Counted from the first letter of the stretch, positions 1 through 10,623 are shown. The stretch: DNA of 64,000 nt from an uncultured Gammaproteobacteria bacterium (GCA_963764725.1 CAVXTM010000018.1:32001-96000); one strand, 5' to 3'. Numbers and translations: made by a program. Notes: generated by a model from the letters alone, not told the origin.

Positions 1-5
1 GCCCG

Positions 6-130
6 AAAATCAATTTTACTTCGCGGGCGGGGTATGAACCCCGCCCTTGACCAAAGAGAGAGTTGCACTACTCCCCTTTGGAAACCCCATTGCTAAAGTG
101 CCTGCCGTGAACGGCGGGGCATTCAGAATG
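6..130 (+). repeat. ~125-bp palindromic intergenic repeat, copy 1 of 4
   Basis: Near-identical to 39424-39542 (-), 48020-48146 (-) and 52108-52230 (+). Contains hairpins CCAAAG..GAG..CTCCCCTTTGG and CCTGCCGTGAACGGCGGGG. Confidence 0.9.
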
Positions 131-1486
131 AGCACAGTCGAATTGCGCGCGGCGGCTTCGCTCAGTGCCATCTATTTCCTACGGATGTTGGGACTCTTCC
201 TTATCGTACCGGTATTTTCCTTGTACGCGACCCGGCTCGCGGGCGCAACCCCGCTGCTCACCGGCCTCGCGCTAGGCGCCTACGGTCTAACTCAGACTCT
301 TTTTCAGATCCCGTTCGGAAGCTTCTCCGACCGGCTCGGGCGCAAGCCTGTCATCGCGGCGGGGCTGGTGTTATTCGCGATCGGCAGCGCCACTGCCGCC
401 CTCTCCGATCACATCCTCGGTGTCATCCTGGGCCGCGGACTGCAAGGCACCGGAGCCATCTCCGCCGCGGTGATGGCCTTGGCGGCCGATCTCACCCGCG
501 AGGAACAACGCACCAAGGTCATGGCTTTCATCGGCATCACCATCGGCCTCGCGTTCGCCAGCGCCTTTGTCATGGGGCCCGTGCTCGATGCGCGGGTAGG
601 TTTGCAGGGTTTATTTTGGATCTCGGCCGCCTTGGCGCTGGCTGCCCTCGCGGTCTTATTCCTCGCGGTGCCCGAGCCCGAGCGCAGCACGTTTCACCGC
701 GAATGCGAGCCCCAGTTGAGCCAACTTCGCGCGATCCTAGCGCATCCCGAGCTACTGCGTCTCGACGTCGGCATCATGCTGTTGCACATGAGCTTGACGG
801 CTAGCTTCGTCGCACTACCGATCGCCTTGCGCGACCATGCGAACCTCGCGAGCGCCGATCACTGGCGGGTGTATTTGCCCGCCCTCCTGATCTCGTTCCT
901 CGTCATGGCGCCTTTTCTGCGCCTGGCCGATCGAGGCGCGCATGGCAAAGCCATCTTCCTCGGCGCCATCGCCCTCCTCGGATGCGCGGAGCTGGGGCTT
1001 TTCCTCACGCATAGCGCCTACCCGCCGCTGTTGCTGCTGGTGGCTCTGTTCTTCAGCGGTTTCAACTTCCTGGAGGCACACCTCCCCGCCTTGGTGTCGC
1101 GCGTGGCGCCCGCGGACCGGCGCGGCACGGCCTTCGGGATCTATGCTATGTCGCAGTTCCTCGGGATCTTTATCGGTGGAGCGCTGGGCGGCTGGCTGCT
1201 CGGGAAACTCGGAATCACCGGTGTATTCGCGTTCTGTACCATGATCACCGCGCTCTGGTTCCTGATCGCAAGCCGGACCACCCTGCCGCCGCACCTCAGC
1301 AATCACATGGTCAAGATCGGTCAACTTTCGAGCACCGACGCCGGAACGCTCGCAGGAAAGCTTGGCGGCCTGGCGGGCGTCGCCGAAGCGGTCGTGGTGA
1401 GCGAGGATGGGATCGCGTATCTAAAAATCGATCGCGATCGCTTAGACTGGGACGCGCTCCGGGCGCTTCTTCCCGCAAGGGAGTAA
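128..1486 (+). CDS. yajR: MFS transporter (YajR-like, with C-terminal soluble domain)
   Basis: MFS motif A (GSFSDRLGRKPV), ~12 hydrophobic segments and C-terminal AGVAEAVVVSEDGIAYLKID. ATG at 128 preferred because the upstream ORF extension lies in the repeat. Confidence 0.85.
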   Translation: MSTVELRAAASLSAIYFLRMLGLFLIVPVFSLYATRLAGATPLLTGLALGAYGLTQTLFQIPFGSFSDRLGRKPVIAAGLVLFAIGSATAALSDHILGVILGRGLQGTGAISAAVMALAADLTREEQRTKVMAFIGITIGLAFASAFVMGPVLDARVGLQGLFWISAALALAALAVLFLAVPEPERSTFHRECEPQLSQLRAILAHPELLRLDVGIMLLHMSLTASFVALPIALRDHANLASADHWRVYLPALLISFLVMAPFLRLADRGAHGKAIFLGAIALLGCAELGLFLTHSAYPPLLLLVALFFSGFNFLEAHLPALVSRVAPADRRGTAFGIYAMSQFLGIFIGGALGGWLLGKLGITGVFAFCTMITALWFLIASRTTLPPHLSNHMVKIGQLSSTDAGTLAGKLGGLAGVAEAVVVSEDGIAYLKIDRDRLDWDALRALLPARE

Positions 1487-1602
1487 GCAGCGTAAGATTG
1501 ATCCCTAACCGCCGGCGACGAAATCACCCGGGATCACTAGCCGCGCGGCGGCGGCAACCTACGAACCGCACCACGGCCGAGCCGCGGAGGGAGGTACTGG
1601 AG

Positions 1603-2001
1603 ATGGATTCCACCGATGCGATTGCGGCCCTGATGAGTTGGGCCGTGACGTTGTCCCATTATCCCAGTCCCAGTCATCTACCCGTCATCGAATATGCCCC
1701 GCACCGGTTTTTCGTCGAGCACGCCTGTGGCGGAAAGAAATGCGGCGCCATCGGCTGGTATGACAACCAGGGCACGATTTACATTGATGAGCGTCTAAAA
1801 GCGCAAGATACCGTATCGACCCGCGGGCTGATCGTGCATGAGATGGTACACTATCTCCAAGACCTGAGCGGAAACTTCGATCCGACCGGCTGCCGGGATT
1901 CACGTTTCCGCGAACAAGAGGCCTATGCCATCCAGCGCGAGTTTATCGCCCGCGCCGCCGGCCAAGCCGCGTTTCTCACCATGACGTTCCGGGACTGTTG
2001 A
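1603..2001 (+). CDS. Hypothetical HExxH-motif protein (DUF6647-like)
   Basis: GGAG RBS then ATG at 1603. Motifs [12 protein letters not shown] and [11 protein letters not shown]. Confidence 0.6.
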   Translation: MDSTDAIAALMSWAVTLSHYPSPSHLPVIEYAPHRFFVEHACGGKKCGAIGWYDNQGTIYIDERLKAQDTVSTRGLIVHEMVHYLQDLSGNFDPTGCRDSRFREQEAYAIQREFIARAAGQAAFLTMTFRDC

Positions 2002-2177
2002 GCTACGGAAGCTCTACAAAAGTGTCGCGAGCAAGCCCAGATGCGCGAAGCCGCGGAGCGCCCACCTCGGCCATGTCTTTACCGATGGCCCGGCGCCGAC
2101 GGGAATGCGTTATTGCATTAACTCCGCGGCCCTGCGGCTAGACAAGGACTCGGAGTAGATCGAATCGCGCCGAGCAT

Positions 2178-2390
2178 TCAGTAGCCCGCGCGAGTATCGA
2201 TGCGGTCGGACATAGGCTGCCCGCGCGCGGCGGTGTTGAGCAAGGCGGTCAAATGGACGGCCGCGCGCTCTCGGTTTCTTCAGACCAGCCCGCCCGATGG
2301 GGGCTCATGACGACGTTATCCAGATCCTGGAACGGAAAGCTTGAGGGAGCAGCCGGGATACCGGAGCCGGCGCCCACTCGATACATATAA
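2178..2390 (-). pseudogene. C-terminal fragment of a D-2-hydroxyacid dehydrogenase
   Basis: [18 protein letters not shown], then after a frameshift [25 protein letters not shown], which is the typical C-terminus of this family. Confidence 0.75.
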
Positions 2391-2458
2391 CTCGCCGATA
2401 GCCCATCCAAATGCAGCCCAAGCGATCCAACTAACATACAGTAGTATTTACAACCGTT

Positions 2459-2480
2459 CATTATTGTGTACACTATAATG
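2459..2480. promoter_or_regulatory. 22-bp palindrome overlapping a TATAAT box; candidate operator of the XRE-cupin regulator
   Basis: CATTATTGTGT|ACACTATAATG, with TATAAT at 2474-2479 just before the GTG at 2483. Confidence 0.55.
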
Positions 2481-2482
2481 CG

Positions 2483-3028
2483 GTGCAACAAGTAGCTCTT
2501 CGTATACGTCAGTTGCGGGAAGACAAGCGACTCTCGATCCGCGCCTTGGCAGAGCAGGCGGGTGTTTCAGCGAGCGCCCTCTCCCAGATCGAAAGCAGCC
2601 AGGTCTCACCGTCTGTCGCGACTTTGCAGAAGCTCTGCGGGGCATTGGAGCTGCCTATTGCGGCCCTTTTTTATGAGCCCGATGGCGGCAATAGCCCGGT
2701 CATCATGCGTGCCAACGCCCGTCGCCAGGTCTACAGCGCTGAATCACACACGATCATAGAGCCCCTGGCCCGGGGGACCACACGCAACAAGATGCAGCCC
2801 CTGCTTCTGACGCTGGAGCCCGGCGGGCAATGCGGTGAGCATCCTTACACGAGCGTGGAGGGTGAGGAGTTCGCGATCGTCCTCCGTGGACGCATCTTGT
2901 TTGAGCAGGAGAATGCCGTGCACGAGTTCGGTATCGGCGACGCGCTGTATTTTAATCCCCATCTACCGCATAACTGGCGCAACAAGAGCGAAAAGATCGC
3001 CAAGGTCCTGGTCGTGGTAGCCCGATGA
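2483..3028 (+). CDS. XRE-family HTH + cupin transcriptional regulator (PuuR/SutR-like)
   Basis: N-terminal HTH ([21 protein letters not shown]) and cupin motifs [10 protein letters not shown]...[14 protein letters not shown]. Confidence 0.9.
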   Translation: MQQVALRIRQLREDKRLSIRALAEQAGVSASALSQIESSQVSPSVATLQKLCGALELPIAALFYEPDGGNSPVIMRANARRQVYSAESHTIIEPLARGTTRNKMQPLLLTLEPGGQCGEHPYTSVEGEEFAIVLRGRILFEQENAVHEFGIGDALYFNPHLPHNWRNKSEKIAKVLVVVAR

Positions 3029-5048
3029 CACCCGTGCTGTTCGTGTCCCCCGTTGAGCTTACGTCTGGCTCACGGTGGCCGTCTGGCTGGTTCTGGGAGT
3101 TGCGGCGATCGCCTTGCAGCAACGTCCCCAGCTCTTGCTGCGCATGATCTTTCCGCTCACCGCCGTGGGCGGGCTCTGTCTGATGGTTGCAGGGTGGTGG
3201 GGAATACACGCCCCCCCGAGCACGCTCGTCCTCCCGCTTGGATTGCCTGATCTCCCCTTCCATCTACGAGAGGACGCACTTTCCGGGTTCTTTCTATTGC
3301 TTCTAGGAAGCGTCGCCTTTGCCGCCTCCATCTACTCGGCAGGTTATTTCCGCAACGGCCTAGGCGCGCATGCCCTAGCGCTCCTGACCCTGCAATACAA
3401 CGCCTTCCTCGCGGGCATGGCCCTGGTGCTCCTTGCCGATGACGCCTATTCGTTTCTGGTGGCCTGGGAGGTGATGGCGGTTTCCTCGTATTTCCTCGTG
3501 ACCACCGAACACCACGAGGAACAGAACCGCCGGGCCGGATTTATCTATCTGCTCATGGCCCATGTGGGTGCCGTGTCCATCCTGCTGAGCTTCGGGGTCC
3601 TGCATGGAGGTGCGGGACAAGGGGGCTATGCCTTCGCCGCCATGCGACAGGCGCCGTTGAGCGATTTCTGGGCCTCGGTCGCCTTCTATCTCGCCTTCAT
3701 CGGGTTTGGCGCCAAGGCGGGAATGCTGCCCCTGCATGTCTGGCTGCCGGACGCCCATCCTGCCGCGCCGACGCCGGTCTCGGCGCTCATGAGCGGGGTC
3801 ATGTTAAAGACCGCGATCTACGGGATGGTGCGCGTGACCTACGATCTCATCGGCCACATCCAGTGGCCATGGGGGCTGGCCGTGTTGCTCGTGGGCACCG
3901 CCACCTCGCTTTTCGGTGTGCTCTATGCGCTCATGCAGCATGACTTGAAGCGACTGCTCGCCTATCATTCGGTCGAGAACATCGGGATTATCTTGATCGG
4001 CCTTGGGCTGTCCCTGATCTTTTTTGGGACGGGACACGTGTTGCCGGGAGTGCTCGGACTCGTGGCCGCCCTCTACCACACGCTTAATCACGCGGTGTTC
4101 AAGGGACTCTTGTTTCTGGGCGCCGGCGCGGTCCTGCACGCCACCCATGAACGGGACCTCAACGCGATGGGCGGGCTCATCCATCGGATGCCTCATACGG
4201 CCGTGTATTTCCTCGTCGGGGCGCTCGCGATCTCGGCCTTACCGCCTTTAAACGGCTTTATCTCCGAATGGCTCACTTTCCAGACGGCCTTGCAGGCGTT
4301 CACTCTCGAACGCAGCGGGTTGCGGAGCCTCATCCCGCTCGCCGCAGCGGTGCTGGCGCTCTCCGGGGCACTCACGGCCATGTGTTTCGTAAAGGTCTAC
4401 GGGATCACCTTCCTGGGCAGGGCACGGCGGATCAAACCCGAGGACGTCCGGGAGGCGGGCTTTGCGGAGCGCGCCGGCATGGCTTGGTTGGCCGCAGGCT
4501 GTTTCTTGCTGGGCCTGTTTCCGCTCTGGTTAATACGGCCCTTGAGCACCGTGAGCGAATCCTTGACCGGTCACGGATTGAATCAGGAGACCTTGACCGC
4601 CGGCTGGCTCTGGCTCATCCCCGTGAGCCGAGCGCAGGCGAGCTATAGTCCCGCGATCTTCTTTGGGGTCGTGGTGGCGCTCGTAGCGCTGACCTTTTTC
4701 GCGGTGCGCTACGTCTATCACGGCCGGTTGCGCCGCAGCGACCCCTGGGATTGCGGTTTTCCGGCCCAGACGGCCCGGATGCAGGATACGGCCGATGCCT
4801 TCGGCCAGCCGATCCGGCATGTCTTCGCCCCCATATTCCTCATGCGCAGGCGCCTGCCCGCCCCGGACGATCCGGCGCCGAGCTTCGAGCTCCATATCGA
4901 AGATCGCCACTGGCATTGGCTATACCTGCCGCTCGCCCGTTTTGTCGAGGCGGTGTCCGCGCGGATTGGCAGGATCCAGCACGGGCGCATCTCCATCTAC
5001 CTCCTATACAGCTTCGTGACCCTCATCGTCCTTCTCGCCCTGGTGTGA
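3025..5048 (+). CDS. hyfB: Hydrogenase-4 component B / Ehr antiporter-like subunit
   Basis: AKAGMLPLHVWLPDAHPAAP and LKRLLAYHSVEN. Open frame from 3075; a coupled ATG at 3025 is out of frame by one base (possible indel). Confidence 0.9.
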
Positions 5049-5053
5049 GCTTA

Positions 5054-5998
5054 ATGCTAGCGAGCGCTCTCTCACAACTCCTGCAATCGCTCCTCGTGGT
5101 CCTGCTTGCCCCCTTGTTCCTGGGCTGGGTTAATAACCTGCGCGCCTGGCTACAGAATCGCCGCGCGGCCGGGATCCTGCAACCGTATCGGGACCTGGGC
5201 AAGCTTTTTACCAAGGAAGCGGTGGTGGCGCACAATGCCTCGTTTCTCTTCCGCGGTACGCCTTACATCCTCTTTGGCGCCATGTGGCTCGCGGGCGGGA
5301 TCGTGCCGGTGCTGGCCACGGACCTGCCCTTTGCCCCGGCCGCGGACGCCATCGCGCTCGTTGGCCTCTTCGCCCTGGCCCGAGTGTTCATGGCGCTCGC
5401 CGCCATGGACATCGGCACGGCGTTCGGGGGCCTGGGCGCGCGCCGGGAGATGCTGATCGCGTTCCTGGCGGAGCCCGCCATGCTCATCTCGCTCTTTACC
5501 GCCTCGCTCATCAGCCACTCCACCGCGCTCAACACGATCGTCGAAAGCATCGCCTTCCGCGAGCTCGATCTCTATCCCAGCATGGCCTTCGCCGCGATCG
5601 CCTACCTCTTGCTGCTGCTCGCGGAAAACGCCCGCATCCCGGTGGACAACCCCGCCACGCACCTCGAGCTCACCATGATCCACGAGGCCATGTTGCTCGA
5701 GTATTCCGGCCGCCACTTAGCGCTCATGGAATGGGCCAGCGCCAGCAAGCTCCTGGTCTACACCACCATCGGCATCACCCTGTTCCTGCCCTGGGGGATC
5801 GCCAAGGCCGGCCACTGGTCGGACCTCCCGCTGGCATGCTTCGCGCTCCTTGCGAAGCTCCTCGCCGCCGGGCTGGGACTCGCGCTCCTCGAGACCGTGC
5901 TCGCGAAACTAAGGTTGCTACGCGCCCCGGAGTTCCTGACCACGGCCTTTCTACTCGCGGCGGTCGGTTTGCTGGTCCATTTCATGGTCGAGGTATGA
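5054..5998 (+). CDS. hyfC: Hydrogenase-4 component C (NuoH-like membrane subunit)
   Basis: QPYRDLGKLFTKE and ENARIPVDNPATHLELTMIHEAM. Confidence 0.9.
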   Translation: MLASALSQLLQSLLVVLLAPLFLGWVNNLRAWLQNRRAAGILQPYRDLGKLFTKEAVVAHNASFLFRGTPYILFGAMWLAGGIVPVLATDLPFAPAADAIALVGLFALARVFMALAAMDIGTAFGGLGARREMLIAFLAEPAMLISLFTASLISHSTALNTIVESIAFRELDLYPSMAFAAIAYLLLLLAENARIPVDNPATHLELTMIHEAMLLEYSGRHLALMEWASASKLLVYTTIGITLFLPWGIAKAGHWSDLPLACFALLAKLLAAGLGLALLETVLAKLRLLRAPEFLTTAFLLAAVGLLVHFMVEV

Positions 5999-6678
5999 TG
6001 CCTACGATACCGTATGCCGAACTGCCCCTGGATGCACAACTGGTCCATGTGCTAGCGGCCTTTCTGCTCATCGTCGCCTTCGCCATGTTGGCGCAGCGGC
6101 GTATTTTGGCCCTGATCCACCTGTTCGCGTGGCAGGGTCTGGTGCTCACCTTGAGTACCGCCACCGTCGCGGCGGTCTCCGGACAAGATCATCTCTACTA
6201 TTCCGCCATCCTTACCGTGTTGCTCAAGGTCTGGATCCTCCCTCATATCCTACACCGGTTGGTCGTGCGCCTGCATATGCTTCGGGAGCTCGAGGCGCTC
6301 ATCAATATCCCGGCCACGATGCTGCTCGGACTGGTGCTCGTGATCTTCGCCTTCGGTCTCGCGACCCCCATTTCCGCGCTGGCGAGCACGGTCACGAAGA
6401 GTTTAATTGGGATCGCGCTCGCCTCGGTGCTGCTATCCTTTCTCATGATGATCACGCGCCGCCAGGCAGTCACCCAGGTCATCGGTTTTCTCGCCATGGA
6501 GAATGGGCTCTTCTTCGCCGCCACCAGCATCACCTACGGCATGCCCATGGTGGTCGAGCTTGGAATTGCCCTGGACGTACTGATCGGTGCGGCCATCATG
6601 GGCATTTTCTTCTTCCATATTCGTGAGGCCTTCGACAGCCTGGACCTCACGCACCTCGAACAACTGCGGGAGCGGTAA
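5995..6678 (+). CDS. hyfE: Hydrogenase-4 component E
   Basis: QVIGFLAMENGLFF...PMVVELGIALD; operon position. Confidence 0.88.
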   Translation: MMPTIPYAELPLDAQLVHVLAAFLLIVAFAMLAQRRILALIHLFAWQGLVLTLSTATVAAVSGQDHLYYSAILTVLLKVWILPHILHRLVVRLHMLRELEALINIPATMLLGLVLVIFAFGLATPISALASTVTKSLIGIALASVLLSFLMMITRRQAVTQVIGFLAMENGLFFAATSITYGMPMVVELGIALDVLIGAAIMGIFFFHIREAFDSLDLTHLEQLRER

Positions 6679-6679
6679 C

Positions 6680-8128
6680 ATGTTCTTGTACCTGGTACTG
6701 GGGATCCCGCTCGCCGGCATGGTGCTGTTGGCCTTTCTGGGGCATAGGCAAGTCGGTGCCGCGCTTAACATCGGCGTGAGCGCGCTCACCCTGCTCGCCG
6801 CCGGCGCCCTCACCCTGCAGGTCATGCGCACGGGTCCGATGACGCTATTGAACGAGCAGTTCTTCGTGGATGCATTCAACGTGTTCCTGGTGGTTTTGAC
6901 GGCCTTCGTGTCTCTGACTACTGCGCTCTTCTCGCGACCCTACATGCGGGTGGAGGAACACCACGGCCGGCTGACCGCACGTAGGCTGCGGCTCTATCAC
7001 AGCATGTATCAGTTGTTTATGTTCACCATGTTGCTCGCGCTTTTGACCAACAACGTGGGGGTTCTGTGGGTGGCGATGGAAGGCGCGACCCTCGCCACGG
7101 TGCTGCTGGTCAGTCTCTACCGGACGCCGGCTAGTATCGAAGCGGCCTGGAAGTATTTCATCCTGTGCGGTGTCGGTATCGCGCAGGCCTTGTTCGGCAC
7201 CATCCTGCTCTACTTGGCGGCGGAGAAGGTGTTGGGCAGGGGCGGCACCGCCCTCTTGTGGACGCATTTGAACGAAATGCGCACGAGCCTGGAACCTCGG
7301 GTGCTGAGCCTTGCGTTCATCTTCATGTTGATCGGTTATGGGACCAAGGTAGGGCTCGCGCCCGTACATAATTGGTTACCGGATGCCCACTCGGAAGGGC
7401 CGACACCGGTGTCTGCCGTGCTCTCGGGGCTGCTCTTGAACGTGGCCCTCTATGCCTTGGTGCGTGCTAAGGTCTTGGTGGACGGAGCCCTGGGTACCGC
7501 CTTCGGCAGCCGGCTGCTTATAGGGTTTGGCCTAGTCTCGGTGGTGATCGCGGTGTTTTCCCTGGCACGCCAGAACGACATCAAACGGATGTTCGCCTAT
7601 TCGTCCATCGAGCACATGGGACTCACCACCTTCGCCTTTGGCTTGGGAGGCCCCATCGGTACCTTCGCGGCGCTGCTCCACATGACCGTGCATAGCTTGA
7701 CGAAGTCCGCAATTTTCTTCGCTGCCGGGCATGCTTCCCAGATTGCCGGGAGCCAACAGATAGCCCGCATTCGCGGGCTTATCCAGCAGTGCCCTAGGGT
7801 GGGCTGGGGGCTATCGCTCGGTACGCTAGGCATCCTCGGCTTGCCGCCTTTCGGTGTTTTCACCAGCGAGTTTTTGATCATAACGACTACGATGCATGAC
7901 CAGCCCTGGGCCACGCCGATTCTGCTCATATCGCTCGGGGTCGCATTCGCTGCCATCTTCGGCAAGGTGCAGCCCATGGTGTTCGGCGCCACGGACGCAC
8001 CTACCTTACCACACCCGCCGGCTCTGTTGCCGGTCTTCACACACATGGCCCTGGTGCTGCTGCTTGGCCTCTATATCCCCCGCTTTCTTACCGAGTGGTA
8101 TCACCAGGCCGCGCGCTTTATAGGGTAA
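6680..8128 (+). CDS. hyfF: Hydrogenase-4 component F
   Basis: EAAWKYFILC and GYGTKVGLAPVHNWLPDAHSEGP. Confidence 0.9.
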   Translation: MFLYLVLGIPLAGMVLLAFLGHRQVGAALNIGVSALTLLAAGALTLQVMRTGPMTLLNEQFFVDAFNVFLVVLTAFVSLTTALFSRPYMRVEEHHGRLTARRLRLYHSMYQLFMFTMLLALLTNNVGVLWVAMEGATLATVLLVSLYRTPASIEAAWKYFILCGVGIAQALFGTILLYLAAEKVLGRGGTALLWTHLNEMRTSLEPRVLSLAFIFMLIGYGTKVGLAPVHNWLPDAHSEGPTPVSAVLSGLLLNVALYALVRAKVLVDGALGTAFGSRLLIGFGLVSVVIAVFSLARQNDIKRMFAYSSIEHMGLTTFAFGLGGPIGTFAALLHMTVHSLTKSAIFFAAGHASQIAGSQQIARIRGLIQQCPRVGWGLSLGTLGILGLPPFGVFTSEFLIITTTMHDQPWATPILLISLGVAFAAIFGKVQPMVFGATDAPTLPHPPALLPVFTHMALVLLLGLYIPRFLTEWYHQAARFIG

Positions 8129-8134
8129 TAAGTC

Positions 8135-9763
8135 ATGCGACTCGACCAGCTCGAAAAGCTGCCCAGGATTCGACGGATCGGTTTGGACCAAATCTTACTT
8201 GCATGGCACGCGGTGGTGGACGAGGAGAACTTCCGGACGTTGGCGGCAAACGTAAAGGCCAAGGGGGGCCGCTTGGTCGCCTTGTGGGGCTCAGATAACC
8301 TCCCGCTATGCCAAGTAGCGGGTATGGAGCGTGGGCAGCCGTCAGTTCGGTTCAGCGTCCATGCGGCGTTTTATGTTCAGGTGCACGCGAAATTTATCGT
8401 GAAGCCGGGTTTGCTGTGGGTGAGCCTGGATGTGCCGGACGATTTGACCTCGTCTCAGACCTTCCCGAGTCTCTCCGGCCTTTTTCCGGCCGCCGCGCGC
8501 ATGGAGCGGGCGATCCATGACCTCTTAGGCGTGGCCGCCGTGGGGGGGCTTGCGGACGGTAGACCCTGGCTCCGTCATGGCGCCTGGCCCGCGGGTCAAT
8601 TCCCCCTGCGGAAAGATTTTCCCGCTCCCAAAAGCTTTGCAGACACGCCTGATGACTACGCGTTTGTACACGTTCAAGGCGAAGCGGTGCACGAGATCCC
8701 GGTGGGGCCGGTGCATGCGGGTGTCATCGAGCCGGGTCATTTTCGCTTTCAAGTCGTGGGGGAGAAGATCCTGCGGCTGGAAGAGCGCCTGGGCTACAAG
8801 CACAAGGGTATCGAGAAGCGCTTCGAAACCATGGATTTCATGACCGGTGCCCGTCTTGCGGGACGCATCAGCGGTGATAGCACGGTGGCCCATACCTTTG
8901 CCTATGCTCTGGCCATCGAGAATTTGACGGGGAGCCACGTACCCCCGCGGGCCGCGTGGCTGCGCGCGCTTTGTCTCGAGCGGGAGCGCATCGCCAACCA
9001 CTTGGGTGATCTCGGGGCGCTTGGCAACGACGCGGGACTCGCCTTCGCTCTCGCCCAATTCAGCCGGCTCAAGGAAGGAATGCTGCGCATCAATCACAAG
9101 CTCGCAGGGCATCGCTACCTTATGGATGTGGTTACGCCGGGGGGTCTCGCTAGGGACTTCGACGACGATGGGGTCCATCTGATCGAGAAGGAGTCCCAGT
9201 CGCTCCTCGGCGAGATCGATCGGTTGCAGGAGATCTACGAAGAGCACGCAGGCCTCCAAGACCGGATGGCAGATACGGGCCAGATCAGGCCCGAACTTGC
9301 CTCACGATTGGGCTTGATCGGCGTGGCCGGCCGCGCCAGTGGGCAGCACTGCGACCTGCGCGTCCAGTACCCCCTGGCGCCTTACGAACGGCTCAAGGTG
9401 AAAATGTGCACGCATCAAGACGGTGACGTGGACGCGCGGGTGGCAGTGCGTTTCGGCGAGTTGCGAGAATCCTTGCGTCTCCAGAAAGAGATCCTCGCGC
9501 AATTGCCCGAGGGCGCCGTACAGGCGCCGCTCAATGCGGCCGTACCCTATGCCTGCGGCATCGGCTGGGTGGAAGGCTGGCGCGGCGAGGTGTTCACCTG
9601 GGTGCGTGCGGATGACGACAATCGCATCGACCGCTGCCATCCCCAGGACCCCTCCTGGGTGCTCTGGCCGGCATTGGAATACGCAGTCCTGGGGAACATC
9701 GTCCCAGATTTTCCCCTGATCAATAAATCCTTCAATCTAAGCTATAGCGGACACGATCTGTAG
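8135..9763 (+). CDS. Ehr large subunit (NuoC/D, HycE/HyfG-like) lacking NiFe-binding cysteines
   Basis: GPVHAGVIEPGHFRF and GYKHKGIEK. L1 site reads RISGDS and the C-terminus SFNLSYSGHDL, with no CxxC at either site. Confidence 0.88.
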   Translation: MRLDQLEKLPRIRRIGLDQILLAWHAVVDEENFRTLAANVKAKGGRLVALWGSDNLPLCQVAGMERGQPSVRFSVHAAFYVQVHAKFIVKPGLLWVSLDVPDDLTSSQTFPSLSGLFPAAARMERAIHDLLGVAAVGGLADGRPWLRHGAWPAGQFPLRKDFPAPKSFADTPDDYAFVHVQGEAVHEIPVGPVHAGVIEPGHFRFQVVGEKILRLEERLGYKHKGIEKRFETMDFMTGARLAGRISGDSTVAHTFAYALAIENLTGSHVPPRAAWLRALCLERERIANHLGDLGALGNDAGLAFALAQFSRLKEGMLRINHKLAGHRYLMDVVTPGGLARDFDDDGVHLIEKESQSLLGEIDRLQEIYEEHAGLQDRMADTGQIRPELASRLGLIGVAGRASGQHCDLRVQYPLAPYERLKVKMCTHQDGDVDARVAVRFGELRESLRLQKEILAQLPEGAVQAPLNAAVPYACGIGWVEGWRGEVFTWVRADDDNRIDRCHPQDPSWVLWPALEYAVLGNIVPDFPLINKSFNLSYSGHDL

Positions 9764-9781
9764 ACCCCAGCACCGGAAACG

Positions 9782-10597
9782 ATGTATAGGATTCTCCGAG
9801 ACACGCTGCGCGTGGGCATCATTACGGAAGACCCGCCCAGTGCCGACCCCTCGCTACGTTCGCAGGCCCAACGGCTGGAGCAAGCGGCCCTCAAGCGCTT
9901 CCGGCACAGCCTCGCGATCCGCCACGTCGATGCAGGCTCATGCAATGGCTGCGAGCTTGAAGTCCACGCCCTCAACAATCCCTATTACATGCTGGAAGGA
10001 CTGGGTTTTCGATTCGTCGCCTCGCCCCGTCATGCGGACCTACTGCTTGTGACCGGCCCGGTGTCCCGGCACATGGAGACTGCGCTCAAGCGGACCTATG
10101 CGGCGATCCCGGAGCCGAAGCTTGTGGTGGCGGTCGGTGACTGCGGGCGTGATGGCGGGATCTTTGGCTGCAGCTATGCGAGCCTCGGGGGGGTGAGCGC
10201 CGTGATCCCCGTTGATGTAGTCGTGCCGGGGTGCCCGCCTTCCCCAATGGCCTTGCTCCAGGGGTTGATCACAGCCGTAGCTGTGGAGGAGGGGTCTTGG
10301 GTCCGCCGCAGCAAGCACTGCGATCGCCATCTCCGCGGGAGGAACCCCGTTATAATGCAAGCTATGGACGGGAATGCCGGGGAAAGCCGCATGAGGTCCA
10401 GGGTCTCGATCGGGGTGCCCGCCCACGGAACGATCAGCGCACGCAGCATCGGGCTCGCCGTGATATCCACGCGGCTTGGAAATCCGTGGACGACGAAATC
10501 GGCCGGCCGCGGCGGAACATCTCCAACGGTCAACTGGATTTCCGGGTGTAGGCGCGCGCGCAGCGCGGCAAGATGTTCGGGTTCGGGTCCGCACTGA
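9782..10597 (+). CDS. Ehr small Fe-S subunit (NuoB/HycG/HyfI-like) with read-through tail
   Basis: GSCNGCELE, SPRHAD, GDC and PGCPP. Homologous part ends near 10290; the rest runs antisense through a pseudogene. Confidence 0.85.
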   Translation: MYRILRDTLRVGIITEDPPSADPSLRSQAQRLEQAALKRFRHSLAIRHVDAGSCNGCELEVHALNNPYYMLEGLGFRFVASPRHADLLLVTGPVSRHMETALKRTYAAIPEPKLVVAVGDCGRDGGIFGCSYASLGGVSAVIPVDVVVPGCPPSPMALLQGLITAVAVEEGSWVRRSKHCDRHLRGRNPVIMQAMDGNAGESRMRSRVSIGVPAHGTISARSIGLAVISTRLGNPWTTKSAGRGGTSPTVNWISGCRRARSAARCSGSGPH

Positions 10598-10623
10598 ATA
10601 TGCACTTTCAGGGGCGTTGCCAA
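10300..10623 (-). pseudogene. N-terminal fragment of a D-2-hydroxyacid dehydrogenase
   Basis: LRALIVPWAGTP, then after a frameshift PGIPVHSLHYNGVPPAEMAIAVLAAA. Ends before the Rossmann GxGxxG motif. Confidence 0.7.

Noticed and set aside
6-130. tRNA or riboswitch reading of the four-copy hairpin repeat
   Set aside because: No cloverleaf, T-loop or CCA, and it occurs in both orientations beside unrelated genes.
10290-10597. Novel C-terminal domain on the Ehr small subunit
   Set aside because: It is read-through antisense to the dehydrogenase pseudogene fragment.
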